Counted from the stretch's first letter, positions 1-14,063 are shown. The stretch is DNA of 64,000 nt from Felis catus (GCF_018350175.1 NC_058368.1:221714001-221778000); one strand, 5' to 3'. Notes: generated from the letters alone by a model not told the origin. Numbers and translations are program-made.

Positions 1-1297
1 CACACATATCATATATGCATGAACCATGGAGATTAGTCACATGGAGAAAAGAGGGTGTTTTGGTCAGAGGTAAGGAATGGGAAGAAAACTTGATTAACTG
101 TGAGTTATTTTGATCCCCCCAGTATGGGATTAGAAGACAATTGATGGAATTCAGAAGAGTCTATGTGGGAATCTAGGTGTTAGAAAACCATCTCCAAGTC
201 TCCTGAGAAAAGGCATGATGAGGGCTAGAGAGTTAGTCCTTAATAACATTCTCTGCCTCTGGAAGGAGCCTGGCAACATCCTACCTCCCTGAGGTGTGGA
301 CGTTTTATGACGTTTCTCAAAATGTCTTCAAGATGTAAATCATCATGTAGTACTTGTTCAAAATATAACTAACCAAACACTTCCAAATAATTGGTTTTAA
401 AGGAGTGGCATCCTGGAATTGGTTGTTTATTTTATAACTTAATGTGTATATGTATAAAATAAACATAATTTTTAAAAATATACACTGATAATGTATCGCT
501 AGGCACTATTCTAGGCGCAAGAAATACACACAACTGTGAACAAAATAGACAAACTGTCTAAAGGGCATTTGTATTTTACTGAATCTGTTTAAGTGCATTT
601 AAATTATAATAGAAAATGCATATCTTATCTAGTCAAATAACTTTAAAACATTGATCTAAAGTCATTACCCGTTGTAGAAGCTGTTAATATTTGTAGTTGT
701 TGTTGCTTTACTTAAAGGAGCCAAGACTTTAGAGACAGCAGTTGCCATAGATAGGGGTAGGAGGCATTTGATAGGGGAGAAGGGCTTAAAATCTTTCTAT
801 GTATAGGTGTAGGAAGTTTCTATGCCACTGTTACATATCGGTGGGGGCTTTTGGCTACATGGTGCTTAGAAGTGGTAGGCCACATCTCTGATTTGGATCT
901 GGGCTTCAAAGCCAATCATATCTCCAAATTTGTCACAAACTTACATGTTATTTGATACATGAGCACTGAGAAATATCTTAGCCTCTCTATCCTTAGATTT
1001 TCATTTTGAATGGAGGAAAACATCTGAAGATTTGTACTCTTATTACTGTTTTGCTAACAAGTCAACAGAGTGTAAAGATACTAAGACATTTGTTGAATAA
1101 AAGATGGGTAGGTAGGTAGATAGGTTCCTAATGAAATTTATTTATGTGAACAATATGCGTATACAGATGTAAAAAGATTCTTGGTTGTAACAGTCATATC
1201 ATACCACTCATTATGCAAGCCTAATTGTTATTTCAGTGTTATTAATATTCATTTTTGCTATTATTATTATTCATTGTGTGAAGCTATAAATAAGGTG

Positions 1298-1790
1298 TCA
1301 CAAAAAAACGTTAGAATTAATAAATACAGTAAAATTACACAATATAAAATCCACATCCAAAGATTAGTTTCATTTCTGTCACTAAAAGAAACCATCCAGA
1401 AAATAATGAAAACAATTCCCTGTACAACTGCATCAAAAAGGATAAAGTATTTAGTAATAAACTTAACAAAAGAAGTGAAAAAGTTATACACTGAAAACTA
1501 TCAAACAATGATGAGAAAAAATTAAAGAAGACACACCTAAATGGAGAGACATCTTGTGTTCAATGAATTGGAAGAATAAATATTGTTAAGATATTTGTAC
1601 TACCCAAATTGACTCTGCAGAGTCAATATAATCCCTATCAAAATCCCAATGGCATTTTTATAGAAATAGAAAAAAAATCCTAAAATGCATATGGAACCAC
1701 AAAAATCTCAGAATGGCCAAACAATCTTGAGAAAGAACAGGGCTGGAGGCACCACCCTTCCCGACAGCAAACTGTCTTACCTAGGATTAG
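1298..1790 (+). mobile_element. Degenerate LINE-1 ORF2 fragment (region just C-terminal to the RT core)
   Basis: ORF 1181..1525 contains KTIPCTTASKRIKYLVINLTKEVKKLYTENYQTMM, typical of L1 ORF2. Downstream DNA (ggaagaataaatattgttaag, atccctatcaaaatcccaatggcattttt, atggaaccacaaaa, gctggaggcaccaccct) continues the homology with frameshifts. Confidence 0.9.
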
Positions 1791-1959
1791 ACTTTAAGAC
1801 AAGCAGTATATTTTTAAAAGCTCATTTACAATTAAAAAAATGTTGAAATAAAAATTTTGCAGCAAGTGTGGTCAACAGAATAGAACAACTTAGTTACTTT
1901 ACGAAGAGCTTCTATGTTCCCTGGAGGTGGTCGAGGGTAATGGCCACAGGCTGAGGCTT

Positions 1960-2135
1960 TGTGGTCAACTGCCCAAGTTTTCATAGCTATTCAGTATGTA
2001 AGTATAATTTAGCATTTGTAAAAATGGGGCTAATTATAGAAGGCAGGATGGTTTCAAGCATTAAGTGAAATAATGCATATAAAATGTTCTTTGCAACATT
2101 CGACACATTGTAGTAGATCCATATATATTAATTGC
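1960..2135 (+). mobile_element. MIR fragment
   Basis: catttgtaaaaatggggctaattata...attaagtgaaataatgcatataaaatg resembles the MIR core and 3' end. Confidence 0.6.
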
Positions 2136-5039
2136 CGTATTACAAAATTTTTTAGGAAAGAAGAGGGAGCTGCAGATGAGAGTAATTTTCTGAGTTCCAC
2201 AAGATAAATCATAAAATAAACTTAAGTATTCTTTGCATACTCTTTCTTCAGGACAGTTTTCTTTTGGTTTGTTTTCGTTTCTTTTTATTCTTATATTCTC
2301 CGTAGTGCACTGTCAGCTATCACAGCAACAGTCACTTAATTTATGCCCTATAAATGAAAACCTATGGATGTTTTCCCTCCCAGAGGGTATCTGAAGAGAT
2401 GTACCCTGGTATTAAGTGTGTATCTTTAGAGCCAGTCACTGGATAAATGGGTTGACGTTCCTGTGTTTCTGTATTCCAGAAATTATGGAAAGCTTAAGTA
2501 GGCACCTTAGTGCAAAATCACATCCTTAAGGACTAAGATATGGAGTCCTTGAGACCCCGAAGCTTTCCCTCTCAGATGGAAAATCCTAAGAGATGGTGTT
2601 CACTGGAACCCTGTCTTCTAATACTGGGTGTTCACAGGGAGTAGATGCCTGTAAATATAGAAACATCAGGACACAAAATTTGAAAAAAAATGAAAGCAAT
2701 ATGTATAAAATAGCCCAGTGGGAAAATGATCCCCATCAACAGACAAGTCCAAGGTTAGTGCTCTCAAGTCACAGACTGGAGGGAATTCCCACTTCTGAGC
2801 CTCCCTGTAATGGAAGGGACCAGGAGAATCGATAAACAAGGTAATAAAGGAAACTGTAGCAACAGGAAGTCTGACTTGAGCCACAACTATTCATGGGGGG
2901 GAGTTAGGGAATGGACTAAACTGCTATCCAAACTTTAAAAGCATGGAACCTACTGCTGAATGTGGCTCCAAGTTCAGTGTTCCAAAAGACCAAGAGGACA
3001 ACTGGGCCCCAGCATGCATCAAGGACTGGTTTGTCAGGTGGACTACTGACCAGCTTCTGAGTGCTTACATGCAAGGACATCAAACCTTTCCCTGAAATTT
3101 ATCTTCCCACAGCTTCTTTTTTAATGCCACTAACCCATAATTTGTAATTATGCCCCCAAATTGTCCTTCAGCAAGTTTCCAATCTACCTTTTAAATCAAA
3201 TAGAAATCGAATTCGTGACTTTATTATTCTGAGTACTCATGTGCTCCTGGAACACCACCCCCCCCCCCCATCTGCCTACTTTTCGTCTGGTCTCTTTTCT
3301 GCCTCCTCAGCTGAGTCATAAAATAAATTCATGGGTAACCTCATCTAGCTATAACTCACTTTCTCTTAGACTTTTAATCCCTTTTTATCTTTTAATCTGC
3401 ACTCTATTTTATGGCTGGCTTACAACTTGAAAGCTCTTTAAAAGATACTATATATGAAAAATTTCATATAATGATATATTCTCCAAAATATTGAAAAGGA
3501 ATCGTTTTAGTGTAATGGGAGAAGCTTTGTGATAAATAATGGAGTCGTAAACTAATTAAGAGAGATCGCTTGCATTTGGAAATAATGGCATAGTTAATTC
3601 TATCTGTGTTTTCAAACTTGCATTTTCAAGTAGCATCTGTATGTTTCATTGCTTTAAGTAACAAGAATGCCTCCAAGTTATTGGCATACATTGTGTAGTT
3701 ACTAGATTAAATTCAATGTTCCATGTAGTGTGCATTAAAATTATAGTTTAGTGGTATAACAGTTTTTGTCCTTAGTTTTATGTGTTACGGTGAAAAGTTC
3801 AAAGTGGTTAATAGCAGAATGCTATGCTAGAAAGTAGTGATAATGTATATGCTATTTTTCTTTTGCAATGAGTTTTAAGATTCATGTCCAACTACTAAAG
3901 TTTTTTTTTATAAATTAAAACATACATCACCATGAGAAAGATAACTGTAACTCCTTAACATTTAAAGCTTAGGTTTCATTTTCAAAAGAGAAGCATATGA
4001 ATGAAAATTTCATAGGAACTTATATGAAGTGAGCAAAGTTGATAAATTCATTAAAGTTTAACTTGATCAACTATGGATTTAATTAGGTTACTCTGTCTAG
4101 AATTACAATATGTGTTTGTATAGCGGAATCTAAAGACATGTATTCCAACACTCTCATTTTTATAGATAAAGAAAATGAGATAGGATTATTTGGCTTAACC
4201 ATTGTCATTTGTTCATCAGTTGGGAGAATTTCTATTAGAAAGCATATAGAATCTAATAAAGTTTTTTGTTTTTTTGTTTTTTTTGCCACGGCACATTCTT
4301 CTGGGTTACAATGAATCTAGCAAAACAAGTAGGTTTCCAAGTCTTCTATTTTTGTAGCAATTACTAAAACCAAACCTCACCATAAATCACTGTAGCCTTC
4401 AACCACAGCAACATAAAATGAACAAACTTTAAAATTAAATCACAGTACTTATACACACATAACATAACTTTTTCTATTAGCTAAGATTATTTAAACAATA
4501 ATGGCTACAAATTATTGTTTCATAGCTACACACACTATCATCGTACATGTGGATTCATGAGCACTTTTGGAAATAGTGCAATGTCATGTGGTCATAGTGT
4601 CTTTGAACTTGTGAAATAATCAGTAATCACTTGGTTCTAGGTAATGTGAATTGCTACTTTTTATAATAATGACTTTCCATAGATATGACCTCAATATAGT
4701 TCTTGCTTTTTCAAAAGTGTATTCTTTTTCTTGAACACAATAGAATTATACACTCTTCTGTAGAATTGTTTGATGTATCAGGATTACCAAAATGCTAGTA
4801 ACTGATTCCTTGTATTTTTTTGGCACTGGTTTTAAGAGTTCTCAAGACACTTTTGATTTGAAGCTGCCCCTTTGATTTCTGTAACAGATAGCAAAGCACT
4901 ATCACTGTGTTAAATGTTGACAGGAAGGGATAGTGAGACTTTTGCCTCAGGCAAGAGTTTTATAAAGGCTTCATTGTTAATCGCTAATATCAGCTAATCA
5001 AAAATATTTTCTAAGCCAAACTCATTGTTGTTGTTTTCT

Positions 5040-6300
5040 AATTTATTCATTCAGGAAACATATTTTAAGCATCTATTATGTACCAAGCTCCATAGTAGCT
5101 ACTGGAATTCCAGTAAGAACAGGAAACAGTCTTTATGTGTCATGCTTGCGGCCTAGGGGAAACAGGAAAGATATAAAGAGACACTCTGTGAATGTATCGA
5201 AATGAGTTTCTGGAAGAGGAGCTATTGAAGTCAGTGCTTACTTTGGGCTGAAGTGTACCTGGGTGCAGGAGAACATTTCTGACTTCCATAACAAATCTTT
5301 GAAGAGGAGGATATGGAGTAGCACTATGTTGTGGGGAAGTAATATTGTACTGAAGTAGCAAATAGTAGACAGAATGTGTGACAATGGATGAACCTGGAAA
5401 TGTAGGTAGAGACAGATGCCCAAAGAACATTAAGGATATTGATGAGGACAAAATCAAATTTACATTTTGAAAAACAAATGTGGCTTAAATACATAGGGTG
5501 GATGGTACAATGTTATGGCAGGCAACAGGATGATTATGAAGTATCATAAAACTATAATTCAAGTGAGAAACAACATTTTGAAGAAAAATAGTGGGAGAAG
5601 GGAGAGGACAAACATATGTTAGCAATGCTTAGTCAGTTAAAGAGACTGGTCTCCCAAAAAACAATAATTGGTTTTTAAAAAGTTTAGAATGTAACCAAGA
5701 AATTGGGTACATCTTGCTCTGGTCAACTTGCAATTTTGTTATTTAAGAACCTAGACAATAGAAATGACAATCCAGTTGCTGGCACCTGGAGGCCAATATG
5801 CATGAAATTGTAGAGTTAGGCATATAGAGTGTGACAGAAAAACCTGAGATTCATGAACATTTGAAGGCCAGGGACAGGAAAAGAAGTCTGTAAAGAAGAT
5901 TAAAAATGGTGATCAGAGTAGCAAGGGCAGGGCCAAGAATAAACCATGTTGAGGAAAACAGCCTTAGTTGGAGGCAACCTAGAGATAGAGATTTGTATGA
6001 ATCTTACACGCCTCCAGATAAAAGAGGTGAACACGAGGAGCACCTTGCATTCTTGGTGGGAAAGATCAGTACATCAGAAGCAGTATTGGAAAGCTGAAGG
6101 AATGCAGTTGTGACTCCAAAATGCACCACGAGGGGGTGCTAAACACAGGGGAAAGCAAGATTTCAGGTAGGGGAAGGAACCGATGAAATATTCTGTGAAA
6201 GTGTAATGGTGAGCAAGTTTGTCTGTAGTCCTTCCTGAAGTAGACTGGATTATGAGAAGTGGCTTGGGCATAGGCAATAGTGAAAGAAACCAAAAGGAGG
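5040..6300 (-). mobile_element. Degraded LINE-2 (L2) 3' region, patchy
   Basis: Begins with the L2 tail (atttattcattcaggaaacatattttaagcatctattatgtaccaag), followed by purine-rich L2-like sequence. Confidence 0.55.
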
Positions 6301-6774
6301 TGACATACAGATAATAGCCTAATTTATATTTTGCAAACCCTTGATGAGATTCAGATATATGTTTTCAATTCTCAGATGAGAGGCTCAGAATCGTTACCCC
6401 CAAATTAATTAGCAGAGCTCTAATTTTTGTTGGGCAGTGGATAAGACAAACTTCCCAAAGAGGAGGCTTGGAGAAGGAGAGGAGTTAAATTTTAGAATAA
6501 AAAAAGAAAAAAAAAAAAAACAGATGGATTTCAGACATTGAATAGTCTTGAAGGAATTCAGATGTTAAGTAGTGATTCATGGCACACCATCGAAGGATTT
6601 GAAAAGAGCAGTGATATACTCAAAATCCTATAACTGAAAGATTAATCTACAGTAATGGGGAAGATACTTTGAAAAGCATTAAGATTGGATTTGGTTTCAA
6701 TTTGTACAACCAATTACTAGAATTAGAAGGAAACAAGAAAATGTTGCCCCTTCATTATAAAGTTGAAGAATTTT

Positions 6775-6965
6775 AACAGCAACCACTTTGATGTGGGCTC
6801 CCTATGTGCCAGTTATTATGCTAAGCAATTTACATGCATTAACTCATGAGTTAATGAGTAAATGAGTTCCATGTGATCCCAAGTATTTATAATCCTACTT
6901 TCAATTTGAAATAACAGGCTTAGAGTGTTTAGGTGACTTGCCAAAATTTTGTTAATTTGGAAGTA
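6775..6965 (-). mobile_element. MIR
   Basis: ctatgtgccagttattatgctaagcaatttacatgcattaactcat...aggcttagagtgtttaggtgacttgccaaa is a reverse MIR pattern. Confidence 0.7.
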
Positions 6966-7019
6966 ACAACAACAACAACAAAACCTCCCAGTCCAGCTCA
7001 AAGTATAAAAATCTCACAC

Positions 7020-7440
7020 AAAAAAGGATTTATGGTCTTGAACCATCAAATGTTTGGAGGTTGAGCTTCAGCCAAGTTTGATCAAGGCTCCTCACTTCCT
7101 TTCCTGGGATTCCTAAGTTTGTGGCCTCTTGTGTATCGCTGTCTCTGGTGGCATTTCCCCCAAGTTGGTGAAATGGCTGTATTAGTTCCAGATATTTGCA
7201 CACCAATTCCAGAGAAGAAGAGAAAGAGAACATTTCCTAGAAGCTCTCAACAAACATCTCTGGTTTTATGGGCTTGAACTGGGTTACCTTTATACTTCTT
7301 AACCACTCATCATTAGCCAGAAAAAAAACAAAAAGACAAAACAAAACAAAACAAAACAAAACAAAACATCACTTGCACTTGTCAGTTTAAACTTGAGCCA
7401 ACTGCCTTCATGGAAGTTAAGCTTCTTCTAACACACACGG
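7020..7440 (-). mobile_element. Old MaLR LTR (MLT1J/K/L-like)
   Basis: Motifs aaatggctg...ttccag, cctagaagctctcaacaaacatctc and gaactgggttacc...aaccactcatca resemble reverse MLT1. Contains an (AAAAC)n tract at about 7336-7367. Confidence 0.45.
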
Positions 7441-7788
7441 AGGTGTCAGGGAGATAGTGATATATAAATACATATATAGACAGTTTTAAGATTAGGTGGT
7501 ATTCATTTGGGGGGGTGGGATTACCATACTATTCACTAAAATTACATTATTATCCTTACAGAATTGAAACAGCTTTCAAAACAATCATATATATATTCAA
7601 TTATACAGCCAGTTCCAGGATCCAATACTTCTGGTTTATATATACACATATACACACATATACATATACAATTTTTTTTCTTTTACTAAAGCTAAGTAGA
7701 TAGATAGGAAGATAGATACAGATAAATAGAATTGATCGATAGATACATAGATACATGATGGAGAGATAGATGGATAAGTAGATAAGTA

Positions 7789-7983
7789 CAGACAGCCTCT
7801 TGATAAGTTTTTGTTAGGTGATTTTGTAGGCTAATGTAATTGTTCTGAGAGCATTTAAGTTAAGCTGGGCTAAACCATGATGTTCAGTAGGTCACATGTA
7901 TTAAATGCATTTTAAACTTAAGATATTTTCAACCAGGATGTGTTTATCAGGATGTAACCTAATTGTAGGTTGAGGAAAGTCTG
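7789..7983 (-). mobile_element. Internally deleted MER47/Tigger5-type TcMar DNA transposon (MITE)
   Basis: TA|cagacagcc...ttgaggaaagtctg|TA with TA TSD. Body (tattaaatgcattttaaacttaagatattttcaac...gtttatcaggatgtaacc) resembles MER47 and is homologous to the element at 44428-44874. Sits in a degenerate (GATA)n tract. Confidence 0.75.
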
Positions 7984-9054
7984 TAGATGGGTAGATAGAC
8001 ATATTTTTTTAAACTTTACCCTTAACACGGCAGAATCACCAGTCAAATAAAAACAAATAATTTTAGGAGTGTAGAGTGTGTGTTAAACAAATAATTAATT
8101 ACATTAACTGGTCCTTAATATCTTGGCTAACTGCATTTAATAAAAAATATTTGTTATCCTTAAGAATACAATATTACACAGAAAAATACAAAGCTTAGAA
8201 AATTATGGCTAAAAGCCACTGAATGAATGAATTCCAAACTGTTATATTTCATCATGATTTCTATGGAATTTCCTGACAGCATTCATGAAAATAATTTCCA
8301 ATTACATTGGGCACAAAGGAGGCAACATTGTATCATCACTGGTAATTGGAATTTAGCGTGTCACTGGGAACAGTCATTAGCATTTTTACTGGTGTATGTG
8401 GTATAGAACACTTGGCACACAACAGAGAGATAAAGTGCTCGTAAAAATGGATTGTCATATCCATCAAAGTACATTTGAATCACGAGGTGTAAATACATAT
8501 AGGCTAAAATATTTAGTACGTATCTAGAACAAAAGTTTTATAACGTTAGAGTGCTTTTGGGTCCTTGGACTGCATACCAAATCATAAGTGGATGTCAAAG
8601 CCACCGTCCAGGTTTGCCAAGGGATGTTCTATGGCCAGGCTGAGCAGAATCATTGTTGAAGGCAGTATAAAACTGAAGTGCCTGCTCTTATCCTAGAAGT
8701 GCAGTTGAAGAGGGCACACAATTCACTCTGGAGGATTTTTATGACATATTATCTTTACTAATCTTTAAAAGCTCTGATTATTTCAAGCAAATTTGACAAG
8801 TATACAAACGTTTCTTTCTTGGGTCTCTAACAAAGTGGTCCCCTATTGTCATATTCTACTTGTTTGTATTTTAATGTATTCTAAATACACATTCCCAAAT
8901 CACGTTTTTCCAACATACAGGAGATACAGTCCAGATCAGTATATGAATATCAACAAGGAGGTCTTGAGGACAGGCATTGTGCTCGTGTTACATATTTGGG
9001 TGTTCTCACCCTATGTGTGGAGCAGGAGAACAGAAAATAAGTATGCATGCATTT

Positions 9055-9300
9055 ATTTTGTTACACACTTAAATAGCACATACCAGGTGGAAAATTTTTA
9101 TTATAACTTCTTTATCAATATTAACTCATTTAATATGGCTAGAAGATAGGTACTATTTTTTCCTTTTCTTTTCATATGACGAAACTAAAATGGAGAGGTT
9201 ACATAATTAGTTTGAAGTCACACAGTTGGCTAGTGGTCAATCTTGGATTCGAACATAGGCTTTCGGGTTCCTGAGGCACAAATCATAATCACAATGGCAA
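9055..9300 (-). mobile_element. MIR
   Basis: attaactcatttaat...gaaactaaaatggagaggttacataa...gtcacacagttggctagtgg...ggattcgaacatagg. Confidence 0.7.
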
Positions 9301-9319
9301 GTAATTCAGCCTTTCCTAA

Positions 9320-9490
9320 TTGGTGAACTTGTGTAAGACTCGGCTCATCAGACTGATCAGTGAAGATTTTAAAACTTTCTGATACCTAGCCCGCCCACAA
9401 ACATTTAAATAAGACTTTCTGATGGAGGCCCAGGAATCGGTGTTCTCAGTAATCCTTGTAAAAGCTTTACATGCGGCCCCTGGTGAAGAC
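9320..9490. mobile_element. MER5-like hAT-Charlie relic
   Basis: ttttaaaactttctgatacctagcccgccc...ggaggcccaggaatcggtg resembles MER5A. Confidence 0.45.
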
Positions 9491-10723
9491 AAGAAGGACA
9501 GAGGGGCCATTTACAGCTTTAAAGGGCAAACATGGGAAGCTAACAGCCAAGTGTTCGTGAGTAGTGCAGTGAGAGCTAATGCAAAATTGATTAAAGACCC
9601 AGTTACTTTAAAGACTAAACTCACCTGCTGTACGTCTATCCTTACTTTTACCTTAGAGCTAAGCCTAGCTTTAGCACATCTCATGTTTCAATGTGTTATA
9701 CTATCCAATTCCTTTGTAGGATCTTTTACACGTGTGTATATACACATGCACACTTACCCACACATGCTCTCTCTCTGTTGATTCTGTAAGCCTTTCTGCT
9801 TTACATTTCTCTGCTGCTTAATGTCTTTTTAAGGTAATAAAATGCATATTTATTTTCCAATCTTATTTGGAAAGAAATTCTAGAGTCTTTATCATTCCAT
9901 ACCTTTCTAACTGGAACTGTATTATATCTTGGTTACAATGCAATGTCTACATAAGGCAAGAGCTGAAAGAAAACCATATGTCTCTAGATATAATTTGTCT
10001 CTTTTTTCCTTTTCATGCTTCAATCCTGAGAAGGGTTAAAAATATTCAGAAGAAAATAACTTGTCATTAACTCCCCGTGGATGTGCTTTTCATACTGTGG
10101 CTAAATCTTGCTTATGTGGTTTTTTTAATGTAATGTCACTCACCTTGGTCTGCTCTCTAAAGTGAGAACAGTGACATACTTTAGATATTCAGGACAAGAT
10201 AGACTCACAATTCAGTGTCAAAAAGTACCCTCAAGGCCATAACCAGCTGCCAGATCACCCATTTAGAGTATGATGCATATAGAATTTGTGTCTTGTGTGT
10301 ACATGTGAGTACTATATATATCCAGCTGATAAACATGTATTTGGGAATTATGGCATGACAGACTGGATATAAAAATAATGAATATGGAAGGGTGGCTGAT
10401 GTAAAAGATTTTGTAGCCCATGAGAAAAAAACATATTGTATTGAGTTTCAAAAAGTCAAAACGTATTGAGACTGAGAGCAATACAGAGGTGTGGACACAT
10501 GATCTCTGCTTGGGAGTAGAAAAGCAAACATTCATGGAAGTGACAGTGCAGCTGGGACATCAAGGGTGTGTACTATTTTTCCAGATGGTCGAGGCAAAAG
10601 TGCTGCCGGTCACAGGATCACTTGGGCAAGAATATAGAGGTATGAAAGAGGCTCAACTCCACAGTAACTATGTACAGGCTTGGCCCGGGGTCCCTGGCCG
10701 CACAGTCAGAAATTAACCTACAG

Positions 10724-10950
10724 GGGGCGCCTGGGTGGTTCATTCGGTTAAGAGACCCACTCTTGGTTTTGGCTCAGGTCATAATCTCACAGTTTGTGAG
10801 ATCAAGCCCTGTGTTGGGCTCTGTCCTGACAGTGTGGGGCTTGCTTGGGATTCTTTCTCTCTCCCTCTCTCTTCCTCTCTCTCTCTCTCTCTCTCCCCCC
10901 CTTCTTTCTCTCAAAATAAATAAATAAGCTTAAAACTATATGTATATATA
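10724..10950 (+). mobile_element. CAN-SINE (older carnivore subfamily)
   Basis: ggggcgcctgggtgg head, (CT)n tract, aaaataaataaataa tail; TSD agaaattaa(c/t)ctacaggg on both sides. Confidence 0.93.
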
Positions 10951-11061
10951 AAGAAATTAATCTACAGGGATTTTGAAGCTCATGCCTATCATGCTAGTCA
11001 TAGCATGCCAGTGAGTTTAGGTGATTTTTCTCTCAATAGGAATAGAAACCCTTTAGGACTT

Positions 11062-11291
11062 ATTTTTTTAATTATTTATTTTCTAATGTTTTTTCAATTT
11101 ATTTTTTGAGAGAGAGAGAGAGAGAGCAAGCATGAACAGGGAAGGGGAAGAGAGAGAAAGGAGAACAGAGAATCTGCAACCAACTGCACACTCATAGCAG
11201 AGAGCCCGATGCAGGGCTCAAACTCACAAACCCAAGATCATGACCTGAACCAAAGTCAAATGCTTAACCAACTGAGCCACCCAGGTGTCCC
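11062..11291 (-). mobile_element. CAN-SINE
   Basis: Reverse copy: T-rich tail, (GA)n, ...cttaaccaactgagccacccaggtgtccc. Confidence 0.92.
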
Positions 11292-12300
11292 AAATTTTTA
11301 ACTTATTTTTCAAAGAAGGAGAGTAACATGATCAACCTTGTGTTATGGGACAATGACTGTGATGCTCCTGTGTGACAGGAGCTGGAGGAGGAAGCAATTA
11401 GAATGTTTCTCAGCATTGCAGTTATGAAAGTGAGGGCCCAAACTACTTGAGACAGTTGCAGGGGTGATGAAAAACAAAGAACATATTCAATGAGTAGAAC
11501 ATGCTTATTCACCTAGAAAATTAAAAAAAAATGGTTTTATAGAAGCCATAAATTATACATAGTCCACTTATATTTTCAACATATTTCTAGCACATTTTTC
11601 ATACCCCAAATGCAAAAAAATGCATAGAATATAAAGACGCCTTGCTGGAGGTGACATTTGCCTGAATAAATAGCTATGCAATGAATTTCTCTTTTATGGT
11701 TTGTTGAGAGCAGTCCCTGGTGTATGGTGTGTGCCACTGAACATTTGTTGATTGAAAGAAGAAACGAATCAGTCAGTAAGTTGACGTCTACTTGGGCCGA
11801 AATCGTGAGGGCTCAGCTCTGCTCCCATCTCTTTGACCATTTTGAATGAGAATGTGTCGGTGACATTCTTTTAGTGTCAACAAGAATGATTTGAACATCA
11901 TTGGGCTTCAGTTCTTTCATTTTAAAACACAGGCATTGTGTTGGATTTTTTTTTTAAATTCATCCCTATTGGTAATATTAATCTTCTTGAAATCAAATAA
12001 ATAGAGTATGACTATCACATGACCTACATGTGAGCAGAAGTAGGCCACGTGCGCTTGCATTATGAAAACCAGAGAGCCCACCTACTCTAGGTTCCAGAAC
12101 ACATATGCTCATTGAATATAGATTAGAAGAAGGGATTAATTAAAACCACCAAATCTCATCAGCCACACAGATAGAATAATATTTTTGAGGGAAGGATACA
12201 TATATGCACACACTGATAAACATAAAGGAAAACCACTCGGAACACAAAATGAAAAAAAAAAGACTACAAGTCAAAATGAGCTAGTAAATATACTTTAAAA

Positions 12301-12497
12301 AAATTTTTTAGTGTTTATTTTTGAGAGAGAGCACAGGCGGGAGAGGGGCAGAGAGAAAGGGAGACACAGAATCTGAAGCAGGCTTCAGGCTCCGAACCAT
12401 CCGCACAGAGCCCAACATGGGGCTTGAACTCACGAACTGTGAGATCGTGACCTGAGCTGAAGTCGGAGGCTTAACCGACTGAGCCACCCAGGCACCC
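12301..12497 (-). mobile_element. CAN-SINE (felid type)
   Basis: Ends ...aaccgactgagccacccaggcaccc; TSD atgagc(t/c)agtaaatata at 12276 and 12498. Confidence 0.94.
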
Positions 12498-13291
12498 ATG
12501 AGCCAGTAAATATAATTTTAAAGATGGACAGATAGATATACACTATGAAAGTAAAATAGGTTAAGAATTTGAGTAAGGTTTATATACATACACACAAGCA
12601 CACAAAATAAAAATGACTCGTACATAAGGTACTGAAATTCACTCATAATATAAAAAGATACAAAAGAAGAACAATGAATACTGGTGAGAATACTGGAAAA
12701 TATACCAGGTTGGTAGACATGTAAATTAGTACAACCTTTTTGGGAGTTGATGACAATATATATTGACATGTCTGATTCATATACTTTTAGACCTGGCTCT
12801 CTCAATGGTAGGAGATTACCAATTCCACATTTGTTTATAATAGGACACCCCCCCTCCCAATTCTCTAAGTAGAGTGTCCACTAAAAGGAGATTGGTTCAA
12901 TTTAGTATTACATACTTTTATTACTTTAATGATATTTATTATTTTAATAATGGTTATGTGCTGATATAACATGACTGTCCAATATATTTTTTAAGGAGTA
13001 GAGTACAGTTCAAGAATATGTGAAAAGTTCCATCTCTTTCATCCAAATAAAAATTGAAATATCGGTTATTGCGTAAGCAGATAGTATGTCAAGGTAACGA
13101 TAAAATACCTATTGGAGGAGTGGTATGTATAGCTATAGCTATATATTTGTGTATTTCAATATTTGTTCCTCTTCTGATTCCTCTCTAGACAAAATATTAT
13201 CCTTGAGAATTTTGGCCTCTCAGCTTTGTTCATATTTCTTCCCTGACACTCTGATTAGTGTGTCTGACAAATCATAGAAAACCAGAGAATT

Positions 13292-13432
13292 TTTTTCCTT
13301 TTTTTTTTTTTGTTTCAAGTTTCTATTGAATTCTAGCTAACATACAGAGTAATAGTGGTTTCAGGAGTAGGATTTAGTGATTCATCACTGGCATATAACA
13401 CTCAGTGCTCAAGTGCACTCCTTAATCCCCAT
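13292..13432 (-). mobile_element. 5'-truncated carnivore L1 3' end
   Basis: Poly-T, then ...aacatacagagtaatagtggtttcaggagtaggatttagtgattcatcact...aacactcagtgctc. Confidence 0.8.
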
Positions 13433-14029
13433 TGTTAAATGAGTGACTGAATTGGTGAATACATGCTCTTAACTTTGAGAGAAATCGTTAGAAATAAGTA
13501 AACCACTCTGTGGGTTTCTGTGTATTGCCTGACCATATGATACATATGTATGAATTCTCAAATCGGAATTACTAAGTCAAACACCATGCCATTTATTAGC
13601 ATTTTCAACATAAATTGGAGGAAATAAAAACATTAACGAATTTAAGTTAATGCATGTAGGTAATGTATCACTCTTCAAAAAAAATTTTTTTAGTTATAAT
13701 TTTATAAAGATATGAATGTTCATTGGCAAGAACTGAGATGATATCATATTACAACTGTGAATCTATAATATGGAACTCATTTTTCAAATACATTTTGACA
13801 GGTAAATACGTGCACACTTAAAATTATATCTGAATTGGTTCTCATATGAACTCTCACCCGTATTTAGGTATTGTAGTGAAACTCTTATTTAGTCACATTT
13901 TATATCAAAAGGACTGCTCCTAATTACTGTTCTTTCTATGTGTTAATTCTATAACCTCTCAGGGTTCACTTTCTCTGTTCCTTGCTCTGCTATATATTTG
14001 TGCATATATATGGTATTAACTTATATAAT

Positions 14030-14030
14030 G

Positions 14031-14061
<31 letters not shown>
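14030..14061. repeat. (TA)n(CA)n microsatellite
   Basis: Direct reading. Confidence 0.9.

Positions 14062-14063
<2 letters not shown>

Noticed and set aside
1181..1525. 114-aa ORF as a host gene or intact reverse transcriptase
   Set aside because: A frameshifted fragment of L1 ORF2; not an intact element.
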